DNA of 32,000 nucleotides from Verrucomicrobiota bacterium (GTDB taxonomy: Bacteria; Verrucomicrobiota; Verrucomicrobiia; Verrucomicrobiales; DEV007), in contig JAGWVU010000003.1 of NCBI GenBank assembly GCA_018970725.1, positions 67,035 through 99,034 of the forward strand, given 5' to 3'. The notes under the pieces were generated by a model. It was not told the origin of the DNA, ran no database searches, and saw only the letters and a list, made by a program, of their open reading frames with translations. The position numbers were made by a program, and so were the translations under genes. Positions 1-8,228 of this stretch are shown here, piece after piece (positions within the stretch are counted from its first letter, which is position 1; every line of letters begins with the position of its first letter).

Positions 1-852
1 ATGAACCCTCTGGCGGTGGCGGTTATCACCGGGCCGGGGGCCACCACGGGTCAGGCCATCTGCCGTCACCCCTTGGTCGATCATCTCTCCTGCCAGTGTT
101 CTCAGGAGACGCTCGGGGCGCTGCGCGGGGCGATCGGGGCCCTCCCGCTCCGTTACACTCACGGCGGGTCCGCGGTGTCGTTGATTGCGGCCGATGCGGA
201 TCTGGATCGAGCGGTGGCCGCGTTGGTTCGGCAACGATTTGAAAACGCCGGTCAAACCGCAATTTCGTCCGGCACCGTTTTTGTGGAGGCATCGGTCGCG
301 GAAGCGTTTGTCGAGCGAATGGCGGCTGCCGTGCGGAACCTGCCGGTGGGAGATCCCTTGGGCGCGGAGACTCGCATCGGCCCGTTGGCGGAAAGGTCGA
401 GGGTGACCGAATGCCTCGACCGAATCGGAGCCCTCAACGGGTCGGGGGCAAGATTGGTGACCGGTGGTGCCTATCTGGGGTCGGTGGTGGCCCCCATCGT
501 CATGACCGATGTGCCGCCGCATCATCCAGCTCTTTGGAAAGACCGCAGTCACCGGGAACTTCTCGGGCCGTTTCTCTCTGTTTCCGTGGTTTCCGGCGGT
601 TTCGAAGATGTCGGTCGATGGCTCGACCGTCGCAGCCAACTGGTCGCCAGCCTCTTCAGCCGGGACTTGGATCGGGCGACCCGCCTTGCCAACACCCTTC
701 CCGTTTTCAACGTGCATCTCAACGGGATACCGACTTGGCGCGACGGGGTGGTATCGAACGCCGGATCGGGCGCGAGGTTGGGGCGGCGCCAGGTGGATGA
801 ACGGGTCAGCGACGTATCGACGGTCCAGGACATCGTCTTTCACCCCGTCTGA
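1..852 (+). CDS. Aldehyde dehydrogenase-superfamily protein, C-terminal ~283 aa (5' end outside window); catalytic Glu and Cys positions substituted
   Basis: Frame 1 is open from base 1 to TGA 850-852. It aligns by eye to the C-terminal half of ALDHs: VITGPGATTGQAICRHPLVD; YTHGGSAVSLIAADADLDRAV (= LELGGKSPxIVxxDADLDxAV); FENAGQTAISS (= FxNxGQxCxA); RELLGPF (= EExFGPV). Confidence 0.75.
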   Translation: MNPLAVAVITGPGATTGQAICRHPLVDHLSCQCSQETLGALRGAIGALPLRYTHGGSAVSLIAADADLDRAVAALVRQRFENAGQTAISSGTVFVEASVAEAFVERMAAAVRNLPVGDPLGAETRIGPLAERSRVTECLDRIGALNGSGARLVTGGAYLGSVVAPIVMTDVPPHHPALWKDRSHRELLGPFLSVSVVSGGFEDVGRWLDRRSQLVASLFSRDLDRATRLANTLPVFNVHLNGIPTWRDGVVSNAGSGARLGRRQVDERVSDVSTVQDIVFHPV

Positions 853-910
853 ACCCGATTTTTTTTGTGGCGCGAGAGCGCCCGACCTGATTAGTCTCAG
901 AGCCGAGGGC

Positions 911-1993
911 ATGGAGGCGGCACCCACAGGTGGTTTTTTTTCCGCGGCAAGGTTGGGCCACCAACCCGTTGCGGTGCCTCGTTTCGCCGCGTTCGGTCTC
1001 GGTTTGTCCAGTATTGTTCTGGTTGCCGGAGTGGCGTTTGTCGATTGGTGGGTGGGCTGGGAGATCAGTCTTTTCATCTTCTATGCCTTTCCCATTGCAA
1101 TCGCGGCGTGGTTTTTTGGCAGTGCGGCCGGGATGGGGATTGCCTTGCTCTCCTCTGGAGCTTGGTTGATCGCCCAGGGCAGTGGGAATCCCTACACCAC
1201 CACCATGGGGCTCGGGTTGGCCTTGGTGAACCGGATGTTTTATTTCATGGTGGCGGCGCTGGGGACAGTGGCCGTGCGGAAGCGCAATGCGGCGGATGCA
1301 GCCAGGATCAGCACCTTGGAGGAACTTCGGAAGGTGGAACGGGATGTCGTGGAAGTGAGCGAGTATGAACATCAGCGGATTGGGAGGGATCTGCATGACG
1401 GGTTGTGCCAGCAATTGGCGGCGGTTTCGTGTGCGGTGGGTTCCATGGCCCGGGAACTCAGGGAGAAAGGGGATCCGATCGCGCCGGATGCGGAAATGAT
1501 CCAGCGCTCCTTGGAGCGGGCGGTTCTGGATGCCCGCAATCTCGCCCACGGAATCCTGCCGGTTCACGTCGATAGTCAGGGTTTGGCCGTGGTGTTATCG
1601 AAACTGGCGTCGACTACCACCGCCCTCACCGGAATACCGGTCACGCTGCACGAAGAAGGTTTTCATCTTGAGGATCCGACCTGCGCCATGCATTTCTACA
1701 GGATTGCGCAGGAGGCTGTGGCCAATTCCATCCGGCATGGTTGCGCTGCGAGGGTCGGCATTTTTTTGAGCGCCGGTGAAGAGTGGCTTGAGATGAGGGT
1801 GGAAGACGACGGCATCGGGTTTCCTCCGGGCGGGGGTGTCGAAGGCATGGGATTGCATACGATGCGTTACCGGGCCCAAGTGATGGGTGGGGCTGATTTT
1901 TCGGTGAAACGAGGGGACTCCGGCGGCACTGTGGTGCGGTGTCATTTGAAAATTCCCGGCGAATCAGTCAAGCGAAGCCCTCTCAAACCATGA
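911..1993 (+). CDS. Sensor histidine kinase, HisKA_3 (NarX/DegS-type), membrane-embedded N-terminus
   Basis: ATG 911 is the first ATG after the upstream stop; the tracked ORF start at 509 would overlap the ALDH-like gene. About 4 hydrophobic helices precede the H-box EYEHQRIGRDLHDGLCQQL. ATPase motifs present: AQEAVANSIRHG, VEDDGIGF, GMGLHTMRYRA. The stop overlaps the next start (ATGA at 1990-1993). Confidence 0.85.
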   Translation: MEAAPTGGFFSAARLGHQPVAVPRFAAFGLGLSSIVLVAGVAFVDWWVGWEISLFIFYAFPIAIAAWFFGSAAGMGIALLSSGAWLIAQGSGNPYTTTMGLGLALVNRMFYFMVAALGTVAVRKRNAADAARISTLEELRKVERDVVEVSEYEHQRIGRDLHDGLCQQLAAVSCAVGSMARELREKGDPIAPDAEMIQRSLERAVLDARNLAHGILPVHVDSQGLAVVLSKLASTTTALTGIPVTLHEEGFHLEDPTCAMHFYRIAQEAVANSIRHGCAARVGIFLSAGEEWLEMRVEDDGIGFPPGGGVEGMGLHTMRYRAQVMGGADFSVKRGDSGGTVVRCHLKIPGESVKRSPLKP

Positions 1994-2649
1994 GTGCCTT
2001 CGGAGATCGGGAGGTGAAAATCCTCCTCGTGGATGATCATGCGATGTTCCGCGAGCATCTGGCTCAGTTGATTGCCCGTGAGGAAGGCTTGAAAGTGTGT
2101 GGGGAAGCTGAAAGCGTCTCCGAGGCCATGGAAGTGCTGCGGCATACGATGCCGGATCTGGCGATTGTCGATATCACCCTGCGCGGCTCCAGTGGGCTCA
2201 AGTTGGTGGAGAAACTTGGGAAGGAGGCTCCCGGAGTGAAGGTCTTGGTGCTGTCGATGCATCCCGAAGCCCTTTATGGAGAGCGGGCGATCCAGGCCGG
2301 TGCGCGCGGTTATCTTACCAAACACCAGACTTCCCGCGAATTGGTTGAGGGTATCCGCCGGGTCTTGGCAGGGGAAATTTTTCTCAATCCGCAGGCGGAG
2401 ACCGAAGGCACCCGGAATGAGGAGTTGGCACTGGGAATCGCGGTTGCCGACCTGCTGAGCGGGCGGGAACTGGAGGTTTTTTCCATGTTGGGGCGGGGAA
2501 AAGGCACCCGGGAGATCGCCGCGATATTGGGGGTCTCGGATTCGACCGTTGAGACCTACCGGTTCCGGATCAGGGAGAAACTCGGCTTGCGCAGCGCCGC
2601 GCAATTGTATGTGACGGCGGGAACCTGGGTGCGGGAGCAAGCGGGTTGA
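1990..2649 (+). CDS. Response regulator, NarL/FixJ (LuxR-type HTH) family
   Basis: Receiver domain KILLVDDHAMFREHL...DLAIVDITL...VLVLSMH. C-terminal LuxR HTH LSGRELEVFSMLGRGKGTREIAAILGVSDSTVETYRFRIREKLG. ATGA overlap with the kinase gene. Confidence 0.9.
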   Translation: MSAFGDREVKILLVDDHAMFREHLAQLIAREEGLKVCGEAESVSEAMEVLRHTMPDLAIVDITLRGSSGLKLVEKLGKEAPGVKVLVLSMHPEALYGERAIQAGARGYLTKHQTSRELVEGIRRVLAGEIFLNPQAETEGTRNEELALGIAVADLLSGRELEVFSMLGRGKGTREIAAILGVSDSTVETYRFRIREKLGLRSAAQLYVTAGTWVREQAG

Positions 2650-2734
2650 GTCCGGCAGGGGGCCGGACGCGGACATCCGGAAAAAAGCAGCCCCGGGATT
2701 GACCCGCGTTCGGAATGATGGAAGGGCAGGATCG

Positions 2735-3391
2735 ATGAGCGATCCGATTGAAACCGCCACCCTGATCGATGCCCTGAATTGGCGCTATGCCACGAAGCGT
2801 TTTGACCCCGGCCGCCGGATCCCGGAGGAGACATGGCAGGCGCTGGAACAGTCCCTGGTCCTGACACCCTCTTCCTATGGGATGCAGCCGTGGGAGTTTC
2901 TTGTGGTGACCCGTCAGGAGCTCAAAGAGCAACTGGTTCCTCATTCCTGGGGACAACGTCAGGTTGCGGATTGCTCCCATCTTCTGGTCATCGCGGCGCG
3001 GCGGGCGCTGGGCGAGGGGGATGTGGATCGTCTGATGTCCGCCCTTGCCTCCATTCAAGGCCGTTCGCCGGAGCAGACCAAGGGGTATCGGGAAATGATC
3101 ATCCGGGATGTCGTCGAGGGACCCCGCTCCAGGGACGTGACCGGTTGGGCCCGGTTGCAATGTTACATCGCACTCGGTAGCTTTATGACGGCGTCCGCCT
3201 TGTTGGGGATCGACACCTGCCCCATGGAAGGGTTTCTCCCTGATCGATACGACGAGTTGCTTGGACTTGCGGAGCGGGGCTTGACCGCAGCGGTGGTTTG
3301 TCCGTCGGGATATCGCCATCCCGGAGATCCGAACGCCTCCCTGCCGAAGGTCCGGTTTCCTGTGGAGGAAATGGTGCGCCATCTTGCCTGA
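2735..3391 (+). CDS. NAD(P)H nitroreductase-family flavoprotein
   Basis: LNWRYATKRFDPGRRIPEETWQAL...PSSYGMQPWEFLVV...QCYIALGSFMTASALLGIDTCPMEGF is typical nitroreductase-fold sequence. Start chosen at MSDPIE (ATG 2735); ATG 2699 is also possible. Confidence 0.8.
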   Translation: MSDPIETATLIDALNWRYATKRFDPGRRIPEETWQALEQSLVLTPSSYGMQPWEFLVVTRQELKEQLVPHSWGQRQVADCSHLLVIAARRALGEGDVDRLMSALASIQGRSPEQTKGYREMIIRDVVEGPRSRDVTGWARLQCYIALGSFMTASALLGIDTCPMEGFLPDRYDELLGLAERGLTAAVVCPSGYRHPGDPNASLPKVRFPVEEMVRHLA

Positions 3392-5271
3392 TGAAGACGC
3401 TTTCGCTCTGTCTGACGCTGCTCGTCGTGTTCTCCGCCGTCGGCTGGGGCCAGTTGGGGCCGAATGGGGCCACCGCATCTTTCAGGGGAAGCCTGCCACC
3501 TCCGCCAACGGCCGATCTGGACGTGGAACAGGAGGCGGCGTTGCAGGCCGAGCTCGCGGAAGTCAGGCGGGATTTTGTGAGGGTGGCCGGTCATCCGCTG
3601 GCGGCCGATGCCGAAATTTTCCTGAAAGCGGTCCGTTACGCGCTGGAATTTCACGAATGGTATGACAAGAAACCGGAAGACGGTGTGGCCAAAGCGCGGG
3701 CTCTGCTTGCCGAAGCCCGCAGCAGGATCGACGGTCTGCGGCGCGGCCAGATCACTTGGGCCGGGGGGAGTGGTTGGAAGGTCCTTGGATTTCGCTCGCG
3801 CATCGACGGTTCGGCGCAGCCCTATGCGGTGGAAATTCCCCCGGGGTTGACGGTTCCGGGGCCCATGCAGGTGCCGATGTGGATCTGGCTGCATGGACGT
3901 GGGGACACCGCGACGGACCTCCACTTCCTTCATGGCAAGCTGACCGCGCGGAAGCCGGGTCAATTCCAGCCCGCGGGCACGATCGTTTTGCACCCGTTCG
4001 GGCGGTATTGCAACGGTTACAAGAGCGCGGGGGAGACGGATGTTTTCGAGGCGCGGGACGCGGCGGTTGCCCGTTTTCACGCGGATCCGGACCGGATTGC
4101 GCTCGCGGGATTCAGCATGGGGGGAGCCGGCGCCTGGCATCTCGGGGCGCACTACGCGGACCAGTGGGCCTGCGTGCATGCGGGCGCTGGATTTGTCGAT
4201 GTGAAGCGCTACCAGAAACTGGCGCCCGAGAAGTATCCGCCCTGGTATGAACAGAAGCTTTGGGGCGTCTATGATGTCCCTGCCGCCGCCCGCAATTTTC
4301 TCAATGTTCCGCTGGTGATCTACAGCGGCGAGCTGGATCCCCAGCGCGACGCGGCCGAGTATATGACGGGGATTCTGGCCGGAGAAGGTCTGCGTCCTCC
4401 GCATCTCATCGGGGCCGGGATGGGGCACAAATACCATCCGGAGATGCTCAAGGAAGTGCAGCGGCTCATCGAGGAAGCGGTGGACAAGGGGCGTGACCCC
4501 TGGCCACGCCAGGTGCATCTGCAAACCGCCAGTCCGTGGCACCGTCACCTCTTTTGGGTCCATATCGAACAGTTCGCCGAACCGTGGAAGGAAGCCCGGG
4601 TCGATGCGGAAATCTCGGATGCGGACAAGACGATTCAGGTCAAAACGCGCAATGTGGCCAAGGTGCGCATCGACCGGAACGAAGCGACGCGTGGCTACAG
4701 ACTCGTAGTCGATGGGAAGGAGCAGGCAGACGGGGAGTCGGTGAAAGGAACCGGGAATACGACGGGACCGATCGATGCGGCCTTCCGCGAGCGTTTTGTG
4801 GTGGTCCTGCCCGAGCGGGCGGGAATGAACCCGGAGGTTGACGAATGGGTGCGGCTCGAATCTTCGCGGTTCCTGAAACGGTGGCGGAGCCTGATGCGCG
4901 GGGAGGCCATCGTGATGGAGCCTTCGGAACTGACCCCTGAAACAGCTGGCACGCGTGTTCTGTGGGGAGACCCGCTTTCCAATCCGGCGATTGCCGCTGT
5001 GGCGGATCAGTTGGCGGTGGCTTGGGGGGATGGGGAAATCCGGATCGCGGGGAAGGTGTATCCGGCGTCCCGTCATGTTCCGCTCCTGATCCAAGCGATG
5101 CCGGATGGGAGCCGGGTAGTCCTGAACTCCGGGCTCACGTTCCGTGAAGCTCATGATCGCAGCAACTCGTTACAAAACCCGAAACTGCCGGACTGGGCGA
5201 TCCTCGACATTTCCGTGCCTCCGGGGGCGGAGACCGCCGGCCGGGTGGTGGCGGCGGATTTTTTCCCTTGA
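3391..5271 (+). CDS. Secreted alpha/beta-hydrolase (S9/esterase-like serine hydrolase), Sec signal peptide
   Basis: N-terminus MKTLSLCLTLLVVFSAVGWGQ looks like a signal peptide. Nucleophile elbow GFSMGGAGAW (GxSxG), preceded by WIWLHGRGD. The ATG shares 1 nt with the nitroreductase stop (TGATG at 3389-3393). Confidence 0.7.
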   Translation: MKTLSLCLTLLVVFSAVGWGQLGPNGATASFRGSLPPPPTADLDVEQEAALQAELAEVRRDFVRVAGHPLAADAEIFLKAVRYALEFHEWYDKKPEDGVAKARALLAEARSRIDGLRRGQITWAGGSGWKVLGFRSRIDGSAQPYAVEIPPGLTVPGPMQVPMWIWLHGRGDTATDLHFLHGKLTARKPGQFQPAGTIVLHPFGRYCNGYKSAGETDVFEARDAAVARFHADPDRIALAGFSMGGAGAWHLGAHYADQWACVHAGAGFVDVKRYQKLAPEKYPPWYEQKLWGVYDVPAAARNFLNVPLVIYSGELDPQRDAAEYMTGILAGEGLRPPHLIGAGMGHKYHPEMLKEVQRLIEEAVDKGRDPWPRQVHLQTASPWHRHLFWVHIEQFAEPWKEARVDAEISDADKTIQVKTRNVAKVRIDRNEATRGYRLVVDGKEQADGESVKGTGNTTGPIDAAFRERFVVVLPERAGMNPEVDEWVRLESSRFLKRWRSLMRGEAIVMEPSELTPETAGTRVLWGDPLSNPAIAAVADQLAVAWGDGEIRIAGKVYPASRHVPLLIQAMPDGSRVVLNSGLTFREAHDRSNSLQNPKLPDWAILDISVPPGAETAGRVVAADFFP

Positions 5272-5353
5272 GCCGGGTGGAAGGTGGGGGAGAGGCAATG
5301 AGTTTGCTTGCTTCGGGAGATGGCATCCGCTAAGAGGCCTGACGGACTTGGTC

Positions 5354-6691
5354 ATGAAACGAAGCTTCATTTGGGTTTGGCGCCTTCTCGGCAGCGTTGT
5401 GTCACTCGCCTTGGTGACGGGCTGTTCCACGGTCTCGGCCCCGGTCCGGGTTCAGGCGGCGCCGGAGACGGCCCCGGAAGCGTCCCCGGAGGACTTGATC
5501 ACCGGATTGATGGCCCCGATTGCCAAGGCGTTGGCACCGGAGGCACCGGGGCAGGGGCAGGTACTCCGTGGGATGGAGCCGGAGATGGGCCTGAGCGCAT
5601 CGGAGTCGGCGCCAAAGAGGGCGGCTCCGGCCCCGGTGGTGACCGCTGTAGATCCCGGGAAGACCGCGGCCCCGTTTCTCACGCAACGGGTGTTTTACGG
5701 GACCAACCGCAAGGTGAACAACGCCTCGGATCCGAACGGCTTTTACGGCGGGATGGTGAGCGGGAAGCTCGAGGTCGGCTACTGCGACGTGAGTATCCCG
5801 CTGGAACACCAGCCCGGGAAGGTGGAGGCTCCCGATCCCCTGAGCTGGCAGTATTGGTTCGCCGGGGATTTTCGGGAGGATCCCAAGAGGCACGTCGTTC
5901 TGCTCGGAGTGAAGCCTCAGGAGAAAGAGGTCTTTCTCCGTGATCTGAATGCGAGGATGCGCGCGGGGAATCCCTTGCGGAAGCGATGCTTTGTCTTTGT
6001 TCACGGGTTCAACGTTCCGTTCCGCAATGCCGCGCGTCGCACCGCGCAAATCGCCAATGACCTCGGATTTCCGGGGGCCCCGGTCTTCTTCAGCTGGCCC
6101 TCCCAAGGAGGGGAAGCGTATTACACCGTGGATTCGGAGAACAACCTGCGTTCCCGGCCGGAATTGGTGAACTTTCTTGAACTGATCGCCAAGGACAGTG
6201 GCACCCAGGAGATCTATCTGTTGGCCCATAGCATGGGCACAAGAGTGGCGTCCGAGGCCGTCCCGGAGGCTTACGGCAAGCTTGGTCCCCTGGCGAGGGC
6301 CAAGCTCAAGTCGGTCATTCTGGCCGCCGCGGATATCGACGCGGATGTGTTCAACAACGAGGTGGTCCCCAAAATGCGGAATACGGGAATCCCCTTGACC
6401 CTTTACGCGTCCCGGGCGGACAAGGCCTTGCAGGTCTCCCGGCAGTTCAACGGGAAACCGCGCATCGGTCAGGACCCGATCCTTGCCGCCAGGGGAGTCA
6501 AAGGGATCGAAGTGATCGATGCGTCCACGATTCGGAGCGACTTCACCGAGCACAACTACTTCGGGGCATCCCCACTGATCCTGCGCGAGATTCAGGCGAT
6601 TTTCGACGGACGGCGCCCGGAGCAGCGCTCCTGGTTGCAGATGCAGACCGCTCCCTCCGGCGGAAACTACTGGGTGTTGCCCTCACCCTGA
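5354..6691 (+). CDS. Lipoprotein, DUF900-type alpha/beta hydrolase (putative esterase/lipase)
   Basis: MKRSFIWVWRLLGSVVSLALVTGC carries a lipobox (VTGC). A low-complexity Ala/Pro linker follows. Then VFVHGFNVPFRNAARRTAQIANDLGF...FSWPSQG...IYLLAHSMGTRV, which resembles the DUF900 hydrolase family. Confidence 0.75.
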   Translation: MKRSFIWVWRLLGSVVSLALVTGCSTVSAPVRVQAAPETAPEASPEDLITGLMAPIAKALAPEAPGQGQVLRGMEPEMGLSASESAPKRAAPAPVVTAVDPGKTAAPFLTQRVFYGTNRKVNNASDPNGFYGGMVSGKLEVGYCDVSIPLEHQPGKVEAPDPLSWQYWFAGDFREDPKRHVVLLGVKPQEKEVFLRDLNARMRAGNPLRKRCFVFVHGFNVPFRNAARRTAQIANDLGFPGAPVFFSWPSQGGEAYYTVDSENNLRSRPELVNFLELIAKDSGTQEIYLLAHSMGTRVASEAVPEAYGKLGPLARAKLKSVILAAADIDADVFNNEVVPKMRNTGIPLTLYASRADKALQVSRQFNGKPRIGQDPILAARGVKGIEVIDASTIRSDFTEHNYFGASPLILREIQAIFDGRRPEQRSWLQMQTAPSGGNYWVLPSP

Positions 6692-6698
6692 TCGCGTC

Positions 6699-8225
6699 AT
6701 GGGACGATTTTTCCTCCTTATCTTCCTACTCGGCTTCCATCTTTCCGGCCTGGTGATGATCCGGGCGGCGGAGCGCAACATCATCTTTTTCATCACCGAT
6801 GACGAGAGCCCCACCCTGGGGTGCTACGGGGACAAGGTGGCGGTGACTCCGCGGATCGATACCCTGGCGGCGGACGGAACCGTTTTCCTCAATGCCAGTG
6901 CCACCACGGCCAGTTGTTCCGCCAGTCGCTCGGTCGTGATGTCCGGCTTACACAATCACGCCAACGGACAATACGGGCATGCGCACGACTTCCACAAATT
7001 TGCGAGTTGGCACAATGTGGTGAGCCTCGCGCTGCCGCGCGTCCTCGCGAACGCGGGCTATCGGACCGCGCACATCGGCAAGTATCACGTGGCGCCGGAG
7101 GAGGTTTATCATTTTGAAACCTATCTCGAGGGGAAGGGGGAGCGGAACCCGGTGGAGATGGCGGAGAGAGCAAGGGCCTTTCTGACCGCATCGGACGAGC
7201 GGCCTTTTTTTCTCTATTTCGGCGTTTCGGATCCGCATCGCGGCGGTGGTGAGGATGCCTCCTTCCCCGGGCCCCTGAAACCTGACCTTTTCGGGAACAA
7301 GCCCCGAAGAGGATCCTGGCCGGGTGTCAAGGAAGTGTTCTTTGATCCAGCCACCCTGCCTGTTCCCGACTTTCTTCCGGATACACCGGAGTGCCGGTCG
7401 GAGTTGGCGCAATACTATCAAAGTTGCGCGCGGGTGGACCAAGGGGTGGGCCGTCTCGTGGAGATTCTGAAGGAGGCCGGAGTGTATGACAAGACGCTCT
7501 TTGTTTTCACCTCCGACCACGGCATGGCGTTTCCCGGGGGGAAGACGACCGTGTATGAGGGGGGGCTCCGGGTCCCGTTCGTGGTGCGCAACCCCTATGA
7601 GAAATCCCGTGGAATCCGTTCCGGAGCCCTGATCAGCCATATTGATATCACGCCTTCGTTGCTCGATTTCGCCGGCGGATTGGACGCCGCCACCAACGCG
7701 CCGGAAAACATGGTTTCCGCGGCCGAATATTGGAAGGACAAGCCCTATGCCGCCAAGGAGAACCGCGGCCCCCGCAAAGGACTGGAACGCTATCACGGAA
7801 AGTCATGGATCCCGATTCTGGGGGCCCCGGATGCGGTGCACCGTGAGGCGGTGTTCGCCTCACACACGTTCCACGAGATTCAAATGTATTATCCGATGCG
7901 CGCGATTCGCGACCGTGACTTCAAGTTAATCTGGAACATCGCCCATGGATTGCCCTACCCTTTTGCCTCGGATCTCTGGGCTGCGTCGACGTGGCAGGCC
8001 CAGTGGGCAAAGGGCCTGGAGGCTCCTTACGGCACCAAAACGGTGGGAGCTTACGTGCACCGCCCGGCCTTCGAGTTGTATGACATGAAGAAGGATCCGG
8101 GTGAAGCGGTGAATCTTTCGGCCAATCCGGAGTATGCGGACGTATTGAAGCGCTATCAGGACAAGCTGAAAACGTTCCAACGGGATCTGGGCGATCCTTG
8201 GATCCAGAAGTGGGAATACGAGTGA
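6699..8225 (+). CDS. Sulfatase (type I, N-sulfoglucosamine sulfohydrolase-like), secreted
   Basis: Signal peptide MGRFFLLIFLLGFHLSGLVMIRA. NIIFFITDDES, formylglycine motif C-S-A-S-R at aa 73-77 (nt 6915-6929), FVFTSDHGMAFPGGK. Confidence 0.9.
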   Translation: MGRFFLLIFLLGFHLSGLVMIRAAERNIIFFITDDESPTLGCYGDKVAVTPRIDTLAADGTVFLNASATTASCSASRSVVMSGLHNHANGQYGHAHDFHKFASWHNVVSLALPRVLANAGYRTAHIGKYHVAPEEVYHFETYLEGKGERNPVEMAERARAFLTASDERPFFLYFGVSDPHRGGGEDASFPGPLKPDLFGNKPRRGSWPGVKEVFFDPATLPVPDFLPDTPECRSELAQYYQSCARVDQGVGRLVEILKEAGVYDKTLFVFTSDHGMAFPGGKTTVYEGGLRVPFVVRNPYEKSRGIRSGALISHIDITPSLLDFAGGLDAATNAPENMVSAAEYWKDKPYAAKENRGPRKGLERYHGKSWIPILGAPDAVHREAVFASHTFHEIQMYYPMRAIRDRDFKLIWNIAHGLPYPFASDLWAASTWQAQWAKGLEAPYGTKTVGAYVHRPAFELYDMKKDPGEAVNLSANPEYADVLKRYQDKLKTFQRDLGDPWIQKWEYE

Positions 8226-8228
8226 AGG

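Noticed and set aside
859-882. T8 run followed by a GGCGC-GAGA-GCGCC hairpin after the ALDH-like stop.
   Set aside because: The U-tract precedes rather than follows the stem on the plus strand, and the minus strand gets an A-tract. This is not a canonical intrinsic terminator.
509-910. Upstream extension of the histidine kinase ORF (tracked start at 509).
   Set aside because: It overlaps the ALDH-like gene by ~340 nt in another frame and translates to non-protein-like sequence. ATG 911 follows the upstream stop and precedes the TM region.
2651-2667. 6-bp hairpin TCCGGC-AGGGG-GCCGGA right after the response-regulator stop.
   Set aside because: The stem is short and no U-tract follows. It is at best a weak terminator or stabiliser and not supportable as a feature.
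3163-5154. 663-aa minus-strand ORF antisense to the secreted hydrolase. Similar long antisense ORFs occur at 10956-12209(+), 13721-15604(+), 18945-20111(+), 22291-23640(+), 24510-25643(+), 26219-27580(-), 5402-6553(-), 29206-30228(-) and 29964-30905(-).
   Set aside because: They are typical GC-rich shadow ORFs: Arg/Gly/Pro/His-rich low-complexity translations with no recognisable motifs. Each lies opposite a gene with strong family signatures.
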